Source: Lama guanicoe
Lineage: Eukaryota
NCBI GenBank assembly: GCA_013239625.1
Contig: MU053561.1
Coordinates: forward strand, 2,031,818 to 2,095,817
Length of the DNA stretch: 64,000 nucleotides
Direction of reading: 5' to 3'
Part shown: positions 1 to 10,563 of the stretch, one piece after another
Layout: the number at the start of each line of letters is the position of its first letter
Numbering within the stretch: the stretch's first letter is position 1
Program-made: the position numbers and the translations under genes
The notes under the pieces: generated by a model
Databases searched by the model: none
What the model saw: the letters and a program-made list of their open reading frames with translations, nothing else
What the model was told of the DNA's origin: nothing

Positions 1-340
1 AAAATTGTTTGCAAGATACAACTTGAAAACAAAACTGAAATGTTATTATTCACTGCTGTGGCAGACCAATATGCAAGTATCAATTTATTTTCCTTTTTTT
101 CCAAAAAAATATGATGTAGTAAAGCGTATTATTTCATTACATTTTCCCTTCATTATTCTGCAATAGTTATTTTATTTTGTATCTTTTTTATTTACTTTTT
201 ATTGGGACGACTGTATATACAAAGTTGAATAATAAACTTTTTTTCACTGTGTTTCTTTTCTGCATAATTATTATTATTAGCTGTATTTCATGATTCTTGT
301 TGAAAATCTGTTCCAGGTCTAATATGCCACGTACATTCCT
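1..340. mobile_element. Old hAT-Tip100 (Arthur1-like) DNA transposon terminal fragment
   Basis: AT-rich tract ending ATTATTAGCTGTATTTCATGATT...GAAAAT...CTGTTCCAGGTCTAATATGCCACGTAC resembles the recalled Arthur1 end. Runs off the window edge; family uncertain. Confidence 0.4.
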
Positions 341-1034
341 AGCTGGTTGATCCAGAGCATGTAACTGACCCAAACTGGGGGCCAATCAGTCCTTCCGCTA
401 CGGAGCCTGCCAGCTGCCCTGCTTCTGCTCTTCCCACAGCCTCCTTGGATCGTGTGCGAGACCCTAGAATCATTCCAGTAACCTCACCCGAAACCTTAGA
501 GCCAAGATCAGTGTCTACTCCAGGGATAACTGTTTTTACACAAGGGAGGACCTCAGGGTAGAGGAAGAAAGAAAAGACGGAAAAAGTGCGGTCAGCCAAA
601 ATGCTGCAGTGTAAACCCACCCCTGCTCCCCTGTTCCCTCTGTGGGTGAAACCTCTGAGTCACGTCTCCGGACCGGTGGACAGTGGATGCACAGGAAAGG
701 GAGGCAGGGCAGGGGTGCAGTGATGTGGTACCTGAGCAAAGGATGCCTGCGTACTGGGAGAGCGCCACACCTCCCTTCTCTCTCCAGAAGCCCCCCGCCC
801 AGGACTATCTTGTGCCACCTAAGCACGTGGGTTGTCCTTGTTAAAAGATGACAGTGATATCAACCCCTAGGGTGGCCACTAAAAATTGTGAACACCTAGA
901 GTCCAGGATCACGCATTAGATATGAATCGTGGACATCTGCAGAGCTGCCTGCCCGGCCTGCTCGCAGCCCCCAAGCAAGGCAAGAGCATCCTGATTCCTG
1001 CATGAGCCCAGCCCTCTGGCCTCAGCCAGCTGCC

Positions 1035-1365
1035 CCAGGGCTGGACCTGACTCCATCTGAACCAAGGAACTTCTTCCCTGGGAATTCTTGACTGGGGATT
1101 AAGAATGTCAGGGTCAGACTCTCTCCTATGGGGAAGCTATTGCCGGTCATGTTTCTAGAAAGCCAGACTGCAGTGGCAACGAGAAAGGCAGAGATAAACA
1201 GGCGAGAGAATAACAGAGTCAGGTGGCATCTGAGTCTCTTGTTCCAGCCACATCCATGCCCTCCGCATGGTTTGGTGGTTCTACACTTCTAAGGATTCTG
1301 GGAGGAATGCATTCCTCTTCTTGCTAACTGAGGTGAGGTTCTGATATTTGCAATCAGAATTACAC
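1035..1365 (+). mobile_element. Degenerate ERVL/MaLR-type solo LTR fragment
   Basis: The 3' part ATGCATTCCTCTTCTTGCTAACTGAGGTGAGGTTCTGATATTTGCAATCAGAA resembles the end of old MLT1/LTR33-type LTRs. Boundaries approximate. Confidence 0.4.
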
Positions 1366-2656
1366 AGGATGCGTGAACCTTGGCTGCACTGGGTTATTTT
1401 TCAAAAACAAGAGCAAAATTGGGAGGTTAGAAGAGTGAGGAACCCTCACACCGATCCACCTGCCAGTTGTGACTTATGATTTTACAAACCTGGCAGCTGC
1501 ATGCTTGACCTCGCTACGTCATTTCAAGGTGCTGCCCGCACTTGGGGGGCAGGGCAGCCAGCAGCGGGCAGGGAGCATCACCAGGGCTGGCAGGACGGCT
1601 CTGGCCAGCTGAGGCTCCCAGCCCCGGGGTCCAGCCACTGGGCCTGCCCATCTGCTTCCTGCTGGATTTCTTCTCTCTTATCCCTCCCAGAGAGGAACCC
1701 CCTTCTCTCTCCTGATCTACTGGAGGGAGATCAGTCTCCAGGGAGCTGTCCCTCAGGGTCCAGAGGCGAAGGAAGGGAGGAGACATTTAATACCTGCGGT
1801 GCGCAGGCACTTTAATGTAGAACCTCTCATGTCGTCCCGACAAGACCGCGTGAGGCAGGTCCTGTTCTCCTCATTCTACTCGCGAGCGCACCAGAGCGTT
1901 GTTCCTCCTACTTCTCCCTGTGTCTGCAAATAGCACACATCATTCTCTCCCCATCTCACCGTCTTTTTTTGGCCTTGTTTGCTACATAAGAGGCGGTGCG
2001 GAGAGAAAGCCAGCTTCTGCTGGTTCCTGAAGACAAGATGCCAGGGGACGATGCTATTTTCACACCAAACCTGGTTTCCTGGTGGGCACACAAATTGTGG
2101 CCTGCTAAAATAGCAACTCTGGCAAAAACGTCTCCAATCTGCTTAGATGTGCATCAAATTAGGAGCTAGACTTGCAGTTAAGCCAGCTGACTGTTTCTAA
2201 TGAGCTGGAAACAAAACTCCTTTTAAAGCTACCAGCCATTGGCCCAGAGTCATCAGCACAACTAGAAACATGGGCCCCTAAAGCAAAACCTCCTCCTATC
2301 TTTAGTTCATTTCAACCCTAGCATCTCCGTCATTATCCATTGCTCTGTTCCAGCCCCTGCCGTCCAGGACTGCTGCCTTTACGCATGTGCATGCAACTTT
2401 AATAGTAATAGAAAGCAGCGATCAAACCCAGGCCTGGGTCTGTGGTCCCTGCCCTCAGGAGGAGATGGACACAACCCTCTGGCTGTTTCCTTTGCACTGT
2501 CCATACTCCCTCTCCACCCTGCGAGACTGTTTCCAGTCAATGCCAGAGTTGCTGGACCAGTTGCTACAGCCTCTGTAAATCACAAACTCGGATGCTACAG
2601 GGGGACCAGGCAGGTAGTAATAAAAACAGCTGACATTTTATCACAGATGATGGCTT

Positions 2657-3013
2657 GCCTCCAAGCCTTTGGGTCTGCTGTTCCGTCTGCCTGCACACCC
2701 TTCCCCACAGAGCTCCACGTGGCTTGCTGTTCACATCCCTCAGGTCTTTTCTGGAGGGCCGTCTTCTCCGTGAGGCTTCCCTAACTATCCTGTTTAAATT
2801 GCACCCCCAGCATTCACCACTGCCTTCCCCATTTTATCTTTCTCTATAGCATTTGTCAGTATGTTTAGCATGTAACTTTTTTGCTTATTGTCTGTCCTCC
2901 CCTGCTCCCACACTAGGTGCCATAGAGGCAGAGATTAGTCTGTTTTGTCCCCTGATGTGTCCCCAGTCCCTAAGACTACCTGGCCCATAGTAGGGGCCCA
3001 ACAATATTCATTG
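2657..3013 (+). mobile_element. L2 LINE 3' fragment
   Basis: Typical L2 3' motifs: GCCTTTG..CTGCTGTTCC.TCTGCCTG, TTATTGTCTGTC..CCC, GAGGCAGAGATT..GTCTGTTTTGT, CCTGGCCCATAGTAGG.GC.CAA.AATATT. Confidence 0.75.
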
Positions 3014-3022
3014 TAGCCTCAA

Positions 3023-3237
3023 GGCCAGGCACTGCGCTAAACACTTGGGTATAGCAACTCATTTAACCCTCATGACAAACCTGTGGGGTGGGTACCATTT
3101 GTTGTTGTTGTTGTTATGATGATGCTTGTTTTGCAGATGAAGAGGCTGGAGTACAGAGGGGTTAAGTTACACAGCTATTTAGGGGTGGACCAGAACTCAG
3201 ACCCGGTGGAGTAACCATGCTCCCAACCATTCCACTG
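3023..3237 (-). mobile_element. MIR SINE
   Basis: GCCAGGCACTGCGCTAAACACTT...CTCATTTAACCCTCATGACAAACCTGTG...TTTTGCAGATGAAGAGGCTG...AGAGGGGTTAAGT is the reverse complement of the MIR core. Confidence 0.75.
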
Positions 3238-3532
3238 CTTCTGACACACTGTACAACACGACACGGGCTGGTGGGAACTGGGACAACTGGAAAGTGCTTA
3301 CCATGCCCAAAAGCATTCCATTAAAAACAAAAATCCTGTCCTGTACTCCCCCCCCAAAAAAAGAGTCCTTTGCCTTATTTAGCTTCTGGGCCACCAGTTG
3401 GATGAGGATCAACCTAAAGCAGAAATTGCAGACAAAAATAGGCTTTTATTGGGTTAGGAGGAATAGAGATTTAAAGAAAGATTCCCCAACTAGTTCCCCA
3501 ACTAGACCTTGGGGGTTGAGGAACCCACAGGG

Positions 3533-3881
3533 TTTTTTTGTAGGGGAAGTAGTCAGGTTTATTTATTTATTTGTCTAAATTCTTATCTTTTATTGAAGTG
3601 TAATCAGTTTACCATTTTAGTTTCAAGTGTACAGCAAAGCGATTCAGTTATACATATGCATACATATATTTTTTTTTCAGATTCTTTTCCATTACAGCTC
3701 ATTACAAGTGTTGAATATGGCTCCCTGTGCTATACGGTAGGGCCATATTGTTTATCTATTTTATATATAGTAATGTGTATCTGTTAATCCCAAACTCCTA
3801 ATCTTGGAGTTACTGGGGATTGAACCCAAGACCTTGTGCATGATAAACACAATCACTCTAGCACTGAGCTACACCCTCCCC
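3533..3881 (-). mobile_element. Camelid tRNA-Ala-derived SINE (Vic-1 type), split by an L1 fragment
   Basis: Head at 3881-3806 (GGGGAGGGTGTAGCTCAGTGCTAGAG...GGTCTTGGGTTCAATCCCCAGTAACTCC). Tail at 3580-3533 (ATTTAGACAAATAAATAAATAAACCTGACTACTTCCCCTAC-A7) matches the tails of the intact copies at 4163 and 8802. Confidence 0.85.
3581..3805 (-). mobile_element. 5'-truncated L1 3' end (cetartiodactyl type) nested in SINE
   Basis: Minus strand reads ATTAGGAGTTTGGGATTAACAGATACAC...TATAGCACAGGGAG...ATAACTGAATCGCTTTGCTGTACAC...CTTCAATAAAA, homologous to the copies at 10062 and 39428. Confidence 0.85.
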
Positions 3882-4162
3882 TCAACCAACCTGCAGGTGT
3901 TTGTTTTTTTTTTTTTCTTAGCCATTTGCCCTTTGGCAAGAGTGTCCATGCTAAGGAGGATTCTGGGTAGCTGTCTGAGCAGTTATCTTTCTGTGGCCCC
4001 CTGGGACCCTTCCTGGAGACCTGATCTCAGGGGCCTGCCAAACAAAGGTGGCAGGCTGTTGAGTGACACAGGCTGAACTTCTGGGACAGCAGTAGCTTCA
4101 CAGAGGAAGGACCAAGACATGTGCATTGTCCTGGCACTGTGGTGGCGTTGACAACTCCTTCC

Positions 4163-4340
4163 GGGGGGACGGTGTTGCTCAAGTGGTAGAGCGCATGCTT
4201 AGCATACACAAGGTCCTGGGTTTAATCCCCAGCACCTCCTCTAAAAATAAATAAATAAATAAACCTAAGTATTTCCCCCCACCCTTAAAATTACAAAATT
4301 AAAAATACATACATACATACATACATACATACATACATAC
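4163..4340 (+). mobile_element. Camelid tRNA-derived SINE (Vic-1 type) with (ATAC)n tail
   Basis: GGGGGGACGGTGTTGCTCAAGTGGTAGAGCGCATGCTTAGCATACACAAGGTCCTGGGTTTAATCCCCAGCACCTCC, then (AAAT)n-AAACCTAAGTATTTCCCCCC and an A-rich tail. Confidence 0.9.
4305..4340 (+). repeat. (ATAC)9 microsatellite
   Basis: Nine perfect ATAC units forming the SINE tail. Confidence 0.95.
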
Positions 4341-5266
4341 ACCTCCCTCTGTGTCTTCCTAGACATCCCCAAAGTAGTCTGTTTCTTTGGTGGCTGGGAG
4401 GATGTGGTTCAGATGCCAGCTTGCTTCAGACCTCAGGCATCTCACACTAGGGTATCTGGTTCAGGTGGACTAGGGATTGGAATGTCAGCCAAAGCCTTCA
4501 GAAATGCCTTCAGGCGGTAATGCTCAGAAGCCACAGATATTTGCTGAACACCATAGACCACATTAACATCGTGACCCAGCCTGTAGGAAAGATCAAAAGG
4601 ACTTTTTCTCTTCTGTGGGGCAGCTATATCAGATAATAATCAAGCCAATCTCTCCATGCAACTAAAAATGGCTACAGCTTCTCAGTTCCTTTAACACTCA
4701 CTCAGTAACCCTGGGCGAGCCCCTAGTGGTGTCAGCAATGTGCTGTGGAGTGGCGCAGACAGGCAGGAGGCAGGTCTGCTCCCGAACAGTGAGATGAGCT
4801 CTGTATTAGATCTGTGCGTGGAAAGCTGTAAGCATGCTGGGGATGTCGGGGGAACCACATGCCCCGTCTGAGATATGTTTTTTTATTGAGGGGAAAAAAG
4901 AAGCAAATCAGAGCCAAGGTGGGTGGACTGTGTTCAAGGAAGTGACCTTCCAAGGGGGCTGCCAAGTGGACAGGTTGGGGCAGAGGGCTCCTTGCAGACA
5001 GGAAGGACCGTGGAACCATCCCTGTGTCCAGCCCTGGGGTGGGCTGACCCACAGCACATGGAGTGCTGTTCAGCCCAAAGGTGCCTGAGCAGGGTCCAGT
5101 GCCCTGTCCTCTGGGGCTGAGATGGAAGGAGTCTGGCATTGGGCCAATTCAGCATTCCCCCACCCTTGATGTCCCATCATTTCACGGAATAGAACTTGCC
5201 TTTGGTACTCTGCGTCTCACTGAGTCCCTGCTTCTGTAAGTGGATGCCACTACCCGCTTCTCTGTG

Positions 5267-5510
5267 CATAGTGGTTAAGATCTTGCTGAACCTGAAAGTC
5301 ACACACATGTGAGTTCAGATTCCTGCCATGCTGCGTCCTGGCTGTGTGGACCTTACGTAATCTGCTGACTCTTCTGGAGTCTCCATCTCCTCGTCAGTAA
5401 AATGGAGGCGTGTCTAAGTCAGAGGAGCACTCACAGGATTAAGCGAGAACAGGCAAGTTAGAACTACACATATCACGTTAGCACAGAGAACTCAGTAGCA
5501 TTTTCTATTA
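5267..5510 (+). mobile_element. MIR SINE
   Basis: GCATAGTGGTTAAGA...GAGTTCAGATTCCTGCC...GCTGTGTGGACCTT...TCTCCTCGTCAGTAAAATGG...CAGGATTAAGCGAGA. Confidence 0.7.
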
Positions 5511-5582
5511 AGAGAGGGTATGAGAAGTGCTTTGCAAAGTAGAAAGGCCAATGCAAATGAGTTATGATGATTTTTGTTACAT

Positions 5583-5690
5583 GATTCCATGAGAGCAAGG
5601 ATTTTTGTCTGTTTTGTCCACGGCTGCACCTCTAGAGCCCGGGCCTGGCCTATAGCAGGCACGCCGTGATATCTGTGGCATGGATGGAAG
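5583..5690 (+). mobile_element. L2 3' terminal fragment
   Basis: TTCCATGAGAGCAAGGATTTTTGTCTGTTTTGTCCACGGCTGCA...GCCTGGCCTATAGCAGGCAC. Confidence 0.7.
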
Positions 5691-8600
5691 CATATAAACT
5701 GAGAACTCAGAGGGCTGGGACTGGACAGGAAGCCTGCCAGTACATGGAGCAGGGATACAACTCTGCCTGCCTCTCCAGAGTGCATCTGAACCCCCAGACA
5801 TAACCCTTCCAGAACCCTCTCTCACTTGGCTGCAGACTGGGTGGCACGTGCATGTCCCTGCTCCATCCAAGCCAGTTCCAGTCACCGCCTCCGGGCAGGG
5901 GCTATTTTGGATCTGAGCGTGTCAGGAACATAAAAGGACCAGTCTTGGAAGTTATGGCCGAGACACGGGCAGAGGGTTCTGGGTTCTCTCACCACGTCTA
6001 AGCTGGGGCCTGAAATAGCTGTGAGGCTAAAGAAAATCTCAGAATAGCTCTTGGCTTCACCACAATTCCAGGCTAGAGCACAACACATACCCAACAGGGA
6101 CCAAAGAGGAGGCGCACACAGCAGGTCACTGTGTGTGTGGGAAAGTCCTTTGGGGAGAAAAATGAAAATCACGATACAAAACCCAGGCTTATCCTTGTTT
6201 GGGGAAGAGTGACAGCATTTTCAGCGACACCAGTGGTACAGGCAGTGGATGGTGGTCACTGTCACCAGGTCATGGAGCCATGTGTGGCATGGCTGGGGGT
6301 GCTTAGCACTGGAGATCCCTGGAATGGGAGCTTCTGAACATCCAGGAGGGTTTCAAAAGTAGTCAACTCACCAGGATGTGGCCTGCCCCAGCTGAGAGGG
6401 CACAGAGGTCCTAAATCACCGAGTGCCACGTGTGCTCGTCACGGGGCTGTGAGTCCTGAAGACCTTATCCTATTAATTCTCACACAGGACTGAGAAAGCA
6501 GCACCATCACTCCCACTTTACAGGTGAGAGAACTGGGGCTCACAGGCTTCAAGAACTTTGGCTCAATCAGTAAGCAACAGAACTGGAATGTGAACGCTGG
6601 GCTGCGTGTTTCCAGTGCATTTCAGCTGGGGCTGCACAAATGGGTGGAATTCTGACCCCTGAGAGGGGACACGGTGGTGAAGAGGACATGATTCCAGCCC
6701 TCAGGTGTTTGGGAGCTGTCTCCTGCAGCCTCTGGGAATGCCGTTGAAACCACGAGGGTCCAAGTCAGCACTTTAACATGGACACAGTTGGGGCTGGAGA
6801 GTCTGGAGCTCTCCGGATGGCCTCGTGGTCCAAACCCTGCTCCTGGGGCAGGCACCCCCTCTCCAGCATCCCTGAGAGATGGGAGGTGCCGGCAGGTGGG
6901 GTCCAGAAGGAGCCTAGAGGAAGCAAGGAGGCTACCCACTCCCACTCCCCACCCTACTGGGCTCACACCTCTTGCTATTTCTGCCTTTGGAGTTTCCTCC
7001 TTTCAGTCCCATCACCTACTCCGGGAAGTACCACATCCCCTCTCCCAGGATCTGAGGCTTTCCTCCAGGATAGACATCAGGCTGCTTTTCAGCAATAACC
7101 ATGCTACCCTCAGCAGTGGCTGTGCGAAGCAAGGGAGGCGGTGTCGTGTGAGACAAAGAGCTCAGACTTAACCATGACCTAGGTTAGTCCAGCGCCCATA
7201 CCTATTCTGTTGCCTAAGACCCCCAGCATCGTCAACATGCCAACATCCACTGTTTTTATCCTCCAGCCGCTTATCCCTTTCAGGCAGAGTCTCACTTCTC
7301 TAGAAAAGTGCTGGGAAGGTGAAGACACCAGGGAAGGTGTGGAGAAGGAGCCCGCCACGAGGGGGCAGTATGGAGCACAGTCCCCACCTGACATCTTACC
7401 AAGGGCTTGCTTTTCCTTCCTCAAAGCCCCAGGACCAGCCACCAGTAGACTTATTCCAGGGGATCCACCAGCTTTGAATGGAGAATCTTCACATGCACTG
7501 TTTTCATTTAAAGTACGAGCATATTCTGAATCCCCCGACAACGCGTATAACCGAGGACTGCACGTCAAGTCTGTTCTTGACACTCAGCAATACTCAACAG
7601 CACTGTAACTGGCATGAACAAACAGGTCAAGAAGAGAGGCAAATGCAGTGGGGAAATAACGTGCTTGTTCTGGGTGAAGGCCATGTGATACCGTCACACT
7701 GAGGTTTTGCAGTTATTCCAGGAGTGCGGCTGCCATGCCGTTTAGGGCAAGCCAGGAGCCAAGGGACCGGTCCCATGGCTGTCATCTCACCAGGGCAGCT
7801 GACTTCCTGCAAAACCACCTCTCCGATTCCATTCCGTTAGACACTTTGGGCTCTACTTGTTTTATTCTCTTCATGATGGTTAATCTGTACATGGACTTCA
7901 GATTTAGGGCTGTGTGATTTAGTAGTTTATATCTCGTTTTATACAGGTACATATTTAAGTAACATTTGAAAAATTAATTTAAGTCAACACTGGTAGACTG
8001 TGAACATTTTTTTCTTAGAATTTATGTTACGATGTGATCACACTTAAGCCCAGGTGAGAGAGCCAAAGCACTGGGAGTCAGGGAAGACGGGATGGGGAGG
8101 CTGCAGTGTGATGCTCTAGGCTATGTCCCCTCTGGAAGAGCAGAGGCCACCGATGCCCCAGGAGGATGCTGGGACTTGGAACCAGAAGGAGCGGGTTCCA
8201 GTCTGGGTTTGGCCACCTTGCAGCTGCTACTTACACCTCAGGGCGGCGACTTCCTTGGCACATTGGCTTCCACTTCTAAATTCAGGCTGTCAGTGAGCTT
8301 CCTGTCCCCAGCAGCCCCCTCCGTGGCTCCCCTAAGCTGATGGATCAGGGGCTGCTGGGAGACGAGAGACTGTTCCATCTGTGCTTTGAACGGCACAGAC
8401 CTGCCCGGCATGTCTGGCTGCTGCCAGCCCTCCAGTTAAGCCATTGGTCACTCTCCATCGAGTCCATGAGTAAGGGTCAGGGGCTATTAAGCACCAGAGC
8501 GTGGCCGGCCCTTCCTGGAAAGAGGCCGTACTTGCTTGGACTGTCTTTTCCCATCGGCACAGCCAGTGTGCCCGGACCCCTCAGACCAGCAAATCTGCAG

Positions 8601-8801
8601 ACTTGGGGTTGGAAATAGGAGACCCTTCTTCTTTTCAGAGGTGGGGATAGAGCCAAAGCCACTTGGCAAAGGAAATGTCTGAAATCCCTGGGGCCTCATC
8701 TCTCCAGGACAAGAATCCCTTTGAAAAGATCCCCCTTCTTCAAAGTTCAGGCTGATCATCAACATCAATAATAGTCAGCATTTTAAAATAGGTCTTTATA
8801 A

Positions 8802-8937
8802 GAGGGAAGGTTGTAGCTCAGTGGTAGAGCACAGGGCTTAGCATGCACGAGGTCCTGGGTTCAATCCCCAATACCTCCATTTAGAAAATAAATAAACCAA
8901 ATTAACTCCCCTGACAAAACAAAACGAAACATAAACT
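8802..8937 (+). mobile_element. Camelid tRNA-derived SINE (Vic-1 type) with perfect 16-bp TSD
   Basis: A box TAGCTCAGTGG and B box GGTTCAATCC intact. Flanked by identical AAATAGGTCTTTATAA at 8786-8801 and 8938-8953. Confidence 0.95.
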
Positions 8938-10061
8938 AAATAGGTCTTTATAAAAGACGTTCACATATACTATCTTATTTAATTGTCAGAATAAAGAACT
9001 CTGGGAGAAAGAATGCAAGACATGGAGGTAAATAATGTGCCTGAAAACACAGTTATAAAGCGGTCAGTGGAGACCAAAATCCAGACATTGGGACCCAGGG
9101 CCCTTATTCTTTCCACTCCAGGTGCTATTTTCAGTTACACAGTGTTCAGGGCAGTTTTGCAGCTGGCCCTGCTCCCAGGGGACTTACAATGTCACACTTA
9201 CCAGATGTTCAGGTGTTAGCTTCCTAACTTAACCGCAAGATACCAGGATGCATCTTGGAGTCCCTGAGAACACTCACGCATAAATGCCCATTGATTTGGT
9301 TGTGCTTTAAGAGAATAAAGTTGGAGAGCTTTGGCCATAAAGATTTCCTGTTCCTTAGAAATATGTTTCTCTGGCTTGTCACTGATGAACTTCCTTGAAC
9401 AGAGGACAAACATTTTCATTCGACAACAGGTATTTGATCCTTTTCTAAAAGGGAAGGGCCAGGACAGGGAGTCTAAGACAGGGACTAGGGAAGGAGAAGG
9501 GAAGCAGGTTGGCACTCAGATATTAACCTTTGTCTCCTTCATGTTGCCTTCAATATCTGGAAGACGTATAAGCTGAGAACCCAACCACATTGGAGATTCT
9601 CAAACCTTTTGTTTCAAAGTGAAATCTCACTTGGAAGCGCAATATTGAACTAGAACAGGCAAAAGTACCCTTATTAAAGTGGAAGAGCCAGGACCCTGGA
9701 GCCGCACCCACAGTCCCTATGCCACCTCCTCCTTCCTGGGGTCCCCAGGCACGGTTTGGCACAGTTTGACAATCACCGGACCAGATGCCTTGCTAGCTGG
9801 CTCCAGGGAGACAAAGATGAGTGGCACTCAGGTCCTGCCAGCAATGAGCTTTCAGATCGTTTCACCACGTGGTGATACAGGCTGGGACAGAGGGTGCCTG
9901 GGTGCGGGAGTGGCTCCCTGCTGGGAATGAGGGGTGTGGGGGTGCAGGGGAAGCATCTCAAGAAAGGACGGAGCTGGAGGGACGTTTAGAACACTTTGGT
10001 AAAATAAAAATGAAAAATGTTTAAATTGAAAAAAATCTATGGATGTTTAAAGATAAAATCA

Positions 10062-10385
10062 AAAAGAACAGAAATGAACTTATTTATAAAACAGACTCAC
10101 AGACATAGAAAACAAACTTAGGGTTACCAAAGGATAAATTGGGAGTTCAGAATTTGGAGATACTAACTAAAGTATATAAAATAGATAAACAACAAGGTCC
10201 CACTGTACGGCACAGGGAACTATATTCTATACCCTGTAATAGCCAATAATGAGAAAGAATATGAAAAGGAATATATATGTATAACTGAATCCCTGTGCCG
10301 TACACCTGAAATTAACACAACATTGTAGATCAACTACACTTCAATAAAAAAAATTGTTTCAAATTTTAAAAAAATAGCAGACAAA
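10062..10385 (+). mobile_element. 5'-truncated L1 3' end with TSD
   Basis: AAATGAACTTATTTATAAAACAGACTCACAGACATAGAAAACAAACTTA...CAACTACACTTCAATAAAAAAAA. TSD AAAGATAAAATCA (10049-10061) / AAAGATAGAATCA (10386-10398). Confidence 0.85.
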
Positions 10386-10463
10386 AAAGATAGAATCACA
10401 CTCTACGAGGTCACTGCCAAAACAGTTCTCATCCCTGGAGGACAACCAAGATGCTAAAGGGTT

Positions 10464-10563
10464 GGGGGAGGGTATAACTCGGTCACAGAGCCCATGCTTA
10501 GCATGCACAAGGTCCTGAGTTCAGTCCGCAGCACCTCCACTAACAACAACAACAACAAAAAAA
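10464..10563 (+). mobile_element. Camelid tRNA-derived SINE, short form, diverged
   Basis: GGGGGAGGGTATAACTCGGTCACAGAGCCCATGCTTAGCATGCACAAGGTCCTGAGTTCAGTCCGCAGCACCTCCAC plus (AAC)n/A tail. Confidence 0.85.
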
